Source of the DNA: a virus
UHGV virus genome: UHGV-0205834
DNA length: 36,952 bases
Reading direction: 5' to 3' (one strand)
Shown: positions 35,487-36,952 of the stretch, one piece after another
Position numbering within the stretch: position 1 is the first letter of the stretch
Layout of the letters: the number at the start of each line of letters is the position of its first letter
The notes under the pieces: generated by a model
The model's database searches: none
What the model saw: only the letters and a program-made list of their open reading frames with translations
Told to the model about the DNA's origin: nothing
Position numbers and translations under genes: made by a program

Positions 35487-35786
35487 TTATTGTGCTAGAA
35501 CCCATGCTCTACATTTTTCTTTGTCGTAAAATTTTTGATCGCCTATACGCCCGAATGGAAGTCCTTTATCTTCCCACTTACGAATAGTTGCAGTTGATAC
35601 TCCGAAGTATTTCGCTATCTCTATTTGCTTTAATACACGTTTATCAACTGAGGCATCTCTTCTTGCTTTTGCAATTTCATCAGTTATGATTTCATGAATG
35701 TAGCTACGAAGTGCTGCCTCATTTTCAGGCGTTAAGATTACTTCCATAATCCTGAACCTCCTATCGAATTTTATTTTTCTTTCCAA
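35487..35786 (-). CDS. Xis/MerR-family HTH DNA-binding protein (putative excisionase or early regulator)
   Basis: 99 aa. …KYFGVSTATIRKWEDKGLPF… is typical of excisionase/AlpA-type HTH domains. One of the three 15-mer motif copies lies 5 bp past its stop. Confidence 0.5.
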   Translation of the reverse strand: MERKIKFDRRFRIMEVILTPENEAALRSYIHEIITDEIAKARRDASVDKRVLKQIEIAKYFGVSTATIRKWEDKGLPFGRIGDQKFYDKEKCRAWVLAQ

Positions 35787-36526
35787 ACTCCATACTTAAT
35801 AGCGAAATCCTTGACTACAGATAGATAAATTTCTTTTAACCTTTTATCACTTTCGATTACATCTAACTTATTTGTCTTATCTCGCTTGGATTTTGGAACA
35901 CCTTCGCCAGCCATACGGTTACGTAAATTGGTTAATCTAGTTTTGAGAGAGGAGCCAGCTCTACGATCAACTTCTTCATATATCGCTGTTTGAATTTCTT
36001 GATAAGCACCGTATCCGCCTTGAGTTTCCGCCATTTTATTTACGAGCTTTCGACATTCTCTACGCCAGTCAGTTGTATTCAATGCCACAATTTCAGTAAT
36101 ATTCTCCATTTGTGTTGCTAGACGTTTTGTCTCTAACTCTTGCTTAGCTACTGCGTTAAATATTCCTTGGAACATTTGAAGTTCTGGACTTAGCTTTGAA
36201 GTATCAAGTAATTGTTGTTTGTATTCTTTTTCTACTTCAATAAAATATTGACGCGCTTGTTTTCCTTTTTCTGTTCGTTGAATCATTGAGATTTCTTTTG
36301 CCATGTCCAATTTCATTGCATGGTCGGTAATATTCTGAATTCCTCCAGGGGTCGGACATTTTTGGGTCACCCTTACGAAATCTATATTTTCAACAAAACC
36401 ATATTCCGCCATACGACTAAACCATTTTTTGTATTCTGTTGCCACCTCCAAAAACTCATGCAATTCTCTGCCGTTTACTAACTGCTCATTCTCCTCATTT
36501 GTTGTTACTTTGATTAGTTCTTTCAT
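35771..36526 (-). CDS. antirepressor (AntA-like N-terminal domain)
   Basis: 251 aa. N-terminal …NGRELHEFLEVATEYKKWFSRMAEYGFVENIDF matches the AntA/AntB pattern (…RDLHEFLEV…F..WI…Y.F.E..DF). Confidence 0.6.
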   Translation of the reverse strand: MKELIKVTTNEENEQLVNGRELHEFLEVATEYKKWFSRMAEYGFVENIDFVRVTQKCPTPGGIQNITDHAMKLDMAKEISMIQRTEKGKQARQYFIEVEKEYKQQLLDTSKLSPELQMFQGIFNAVAKQELETKRLATQMENITEIVALNTTDWRRECRKLVNKMAETQGGYGAYQEIQTAIYEEVDRRAGSSLKTRLTNLRNRMAGEGVPKSKRDKTNKLDVIESDKRLKEIYLSVVKDFAIKYGVWKEK

Positions 36527-36568
36527 GGATTACACTCCTTAAAAATGAATAAATACGTTTTTCATAAG

Positions 36569-36817
36569 TTATTTTATTAAAAATGAATCGTTATGAAGTT
36601 TATATCGTATAAACTCGTCTTTGCTTCCAAAAAAAATATTTGCTGTTGGAAAATGGTATATTTCTGGTATTAATTGCACATATTTTTGCTTCATTTTATT
36701 CGGATCTTGTTCCCAATTTGCTAAGGTTTGATGGTGAACATCAAAGAGTTTTGCTGCTTCTTTTAAAGAATATCCCATCATAACTCTAGCTGCTTCCAAA
36801 GTAATTTGTAATTCCAT
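36569..36817 (-). CDS. Cro-like XRE-family HTH regulator
   Basis: 82 aa. HTH SLKEAAKLFDVHHQTLANWE. RBS AGGAGG. Divergent from the CI-like gene and driven by a near-consensus promoter. Confidence 0.7.
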   Translation of the reverse strand: MELQITLEAARVMMGYSLKEAAKLFDVHHQTLANWEQDPNKMKQKYVQLIPEIYHFPTANIFFGSKDEFIRYKLHNDSFLIK

Positions 36818-36952
36818 TTTTATTCCTCCTTTCGTTTATGTAAATTATTTTATACTAGTTTATACTACCGGTCAACGATTTTTGACGTTTTTTAAATTAA
36901 AAAACACTGTTATAAAACTACTTTATACTTGTTTATGTTGATTTAATTCGAT
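36818..36952. promoter_or_regulatory. cro/cI genetic switch: - strand promoter TTGACC-17 bp-TAAAAT (36847-36875), overlapped by direct-repeat operators TTTATACTAG/TTTATACTAC (36849-36868); second pair TTTATACTT/TTTATGTTG (36922-36940) over an extended -10 (TGTTATAAA, 36908-36916) facing cI
   Basis: The hexamers and spacing were read directly. The repeats sit at 10-bp phasing. The region continues across the window boundary into bases 1-30 ahead of the cI RBS. Confidence 0.5.

Noticed and set aside
35487-35786. Calling this gene a definitive excisionase
   Set aside because: The HTH type is shared by Xis/AlpA/MerR regulators, and it sits in the early operon, not beside int. I kept it as Xis-family HTH of uncertain role.
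1-36952. tRNA, rRNA, CRISPR arrays, transposase/IS elements
   Set aside because: No cloverleaf-like T-loop signatures (GGTTCGAATCC-type), no repeat-spacer arrays and no transposase-like ORFs were seen. The only mobile-DNA function is the phage integrase.

Overview
The window reads as one complete (~37 kb) temperate siphovirus genome from a low-GC Firmicutes host. Enterococcus or another Lactobacillales is a guess from protein families and AT-richness, not a computed match. The genome is in its non-integrated, circularly permuted form, not a prophage with host flanks. On the + strand (1-2863) sit a CI-like repressor (HTH plus S24 peptidase), two small moron genes and a tyrosine integrase. An intact attP follows with two pairs of arm-type repeats (2866-3135), then a further + strand membrane-protein moron. 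The whole lytic programme is on the - strand, transcribed right to left, in this order: a Cro-like and AntA-like antirepressor early region (36817-33862); RecT plus a PD-(D/E)XK nuclease; a DnaD-like replisome organizer carrying an internal iteron ori; a DnaC-like loader; small accessory genes; a frameshift-disrupted C5-cytosine methyltransferase; an ArpU-family late activator; an HNH endonuclease; a GC-rich putative cos site; TerS and TerL; an HK97-type portal, prohead protease and scaffold-fused capsid; four connector proteins; the major tail protein; a G/G-T chaperone pair with a -1 frameshift; the tape-measure protein; Dit; a Tal with two lytic domains; a metallophosphoesterase tail protein; a BppU-like fibre; XkdW-like, XkdX-like and XhlA-like proteins; a holin; and a Sec-signal GH25/LysM endolysin (ends 3967). 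I found no tRNA, rRNA or CRISPR. The most interesting non-coding signals are a 15-bp motif present three times, a triple 8-mer plus inverted-repeat cluster by the ArpU gene, and the direct-repeat operators.
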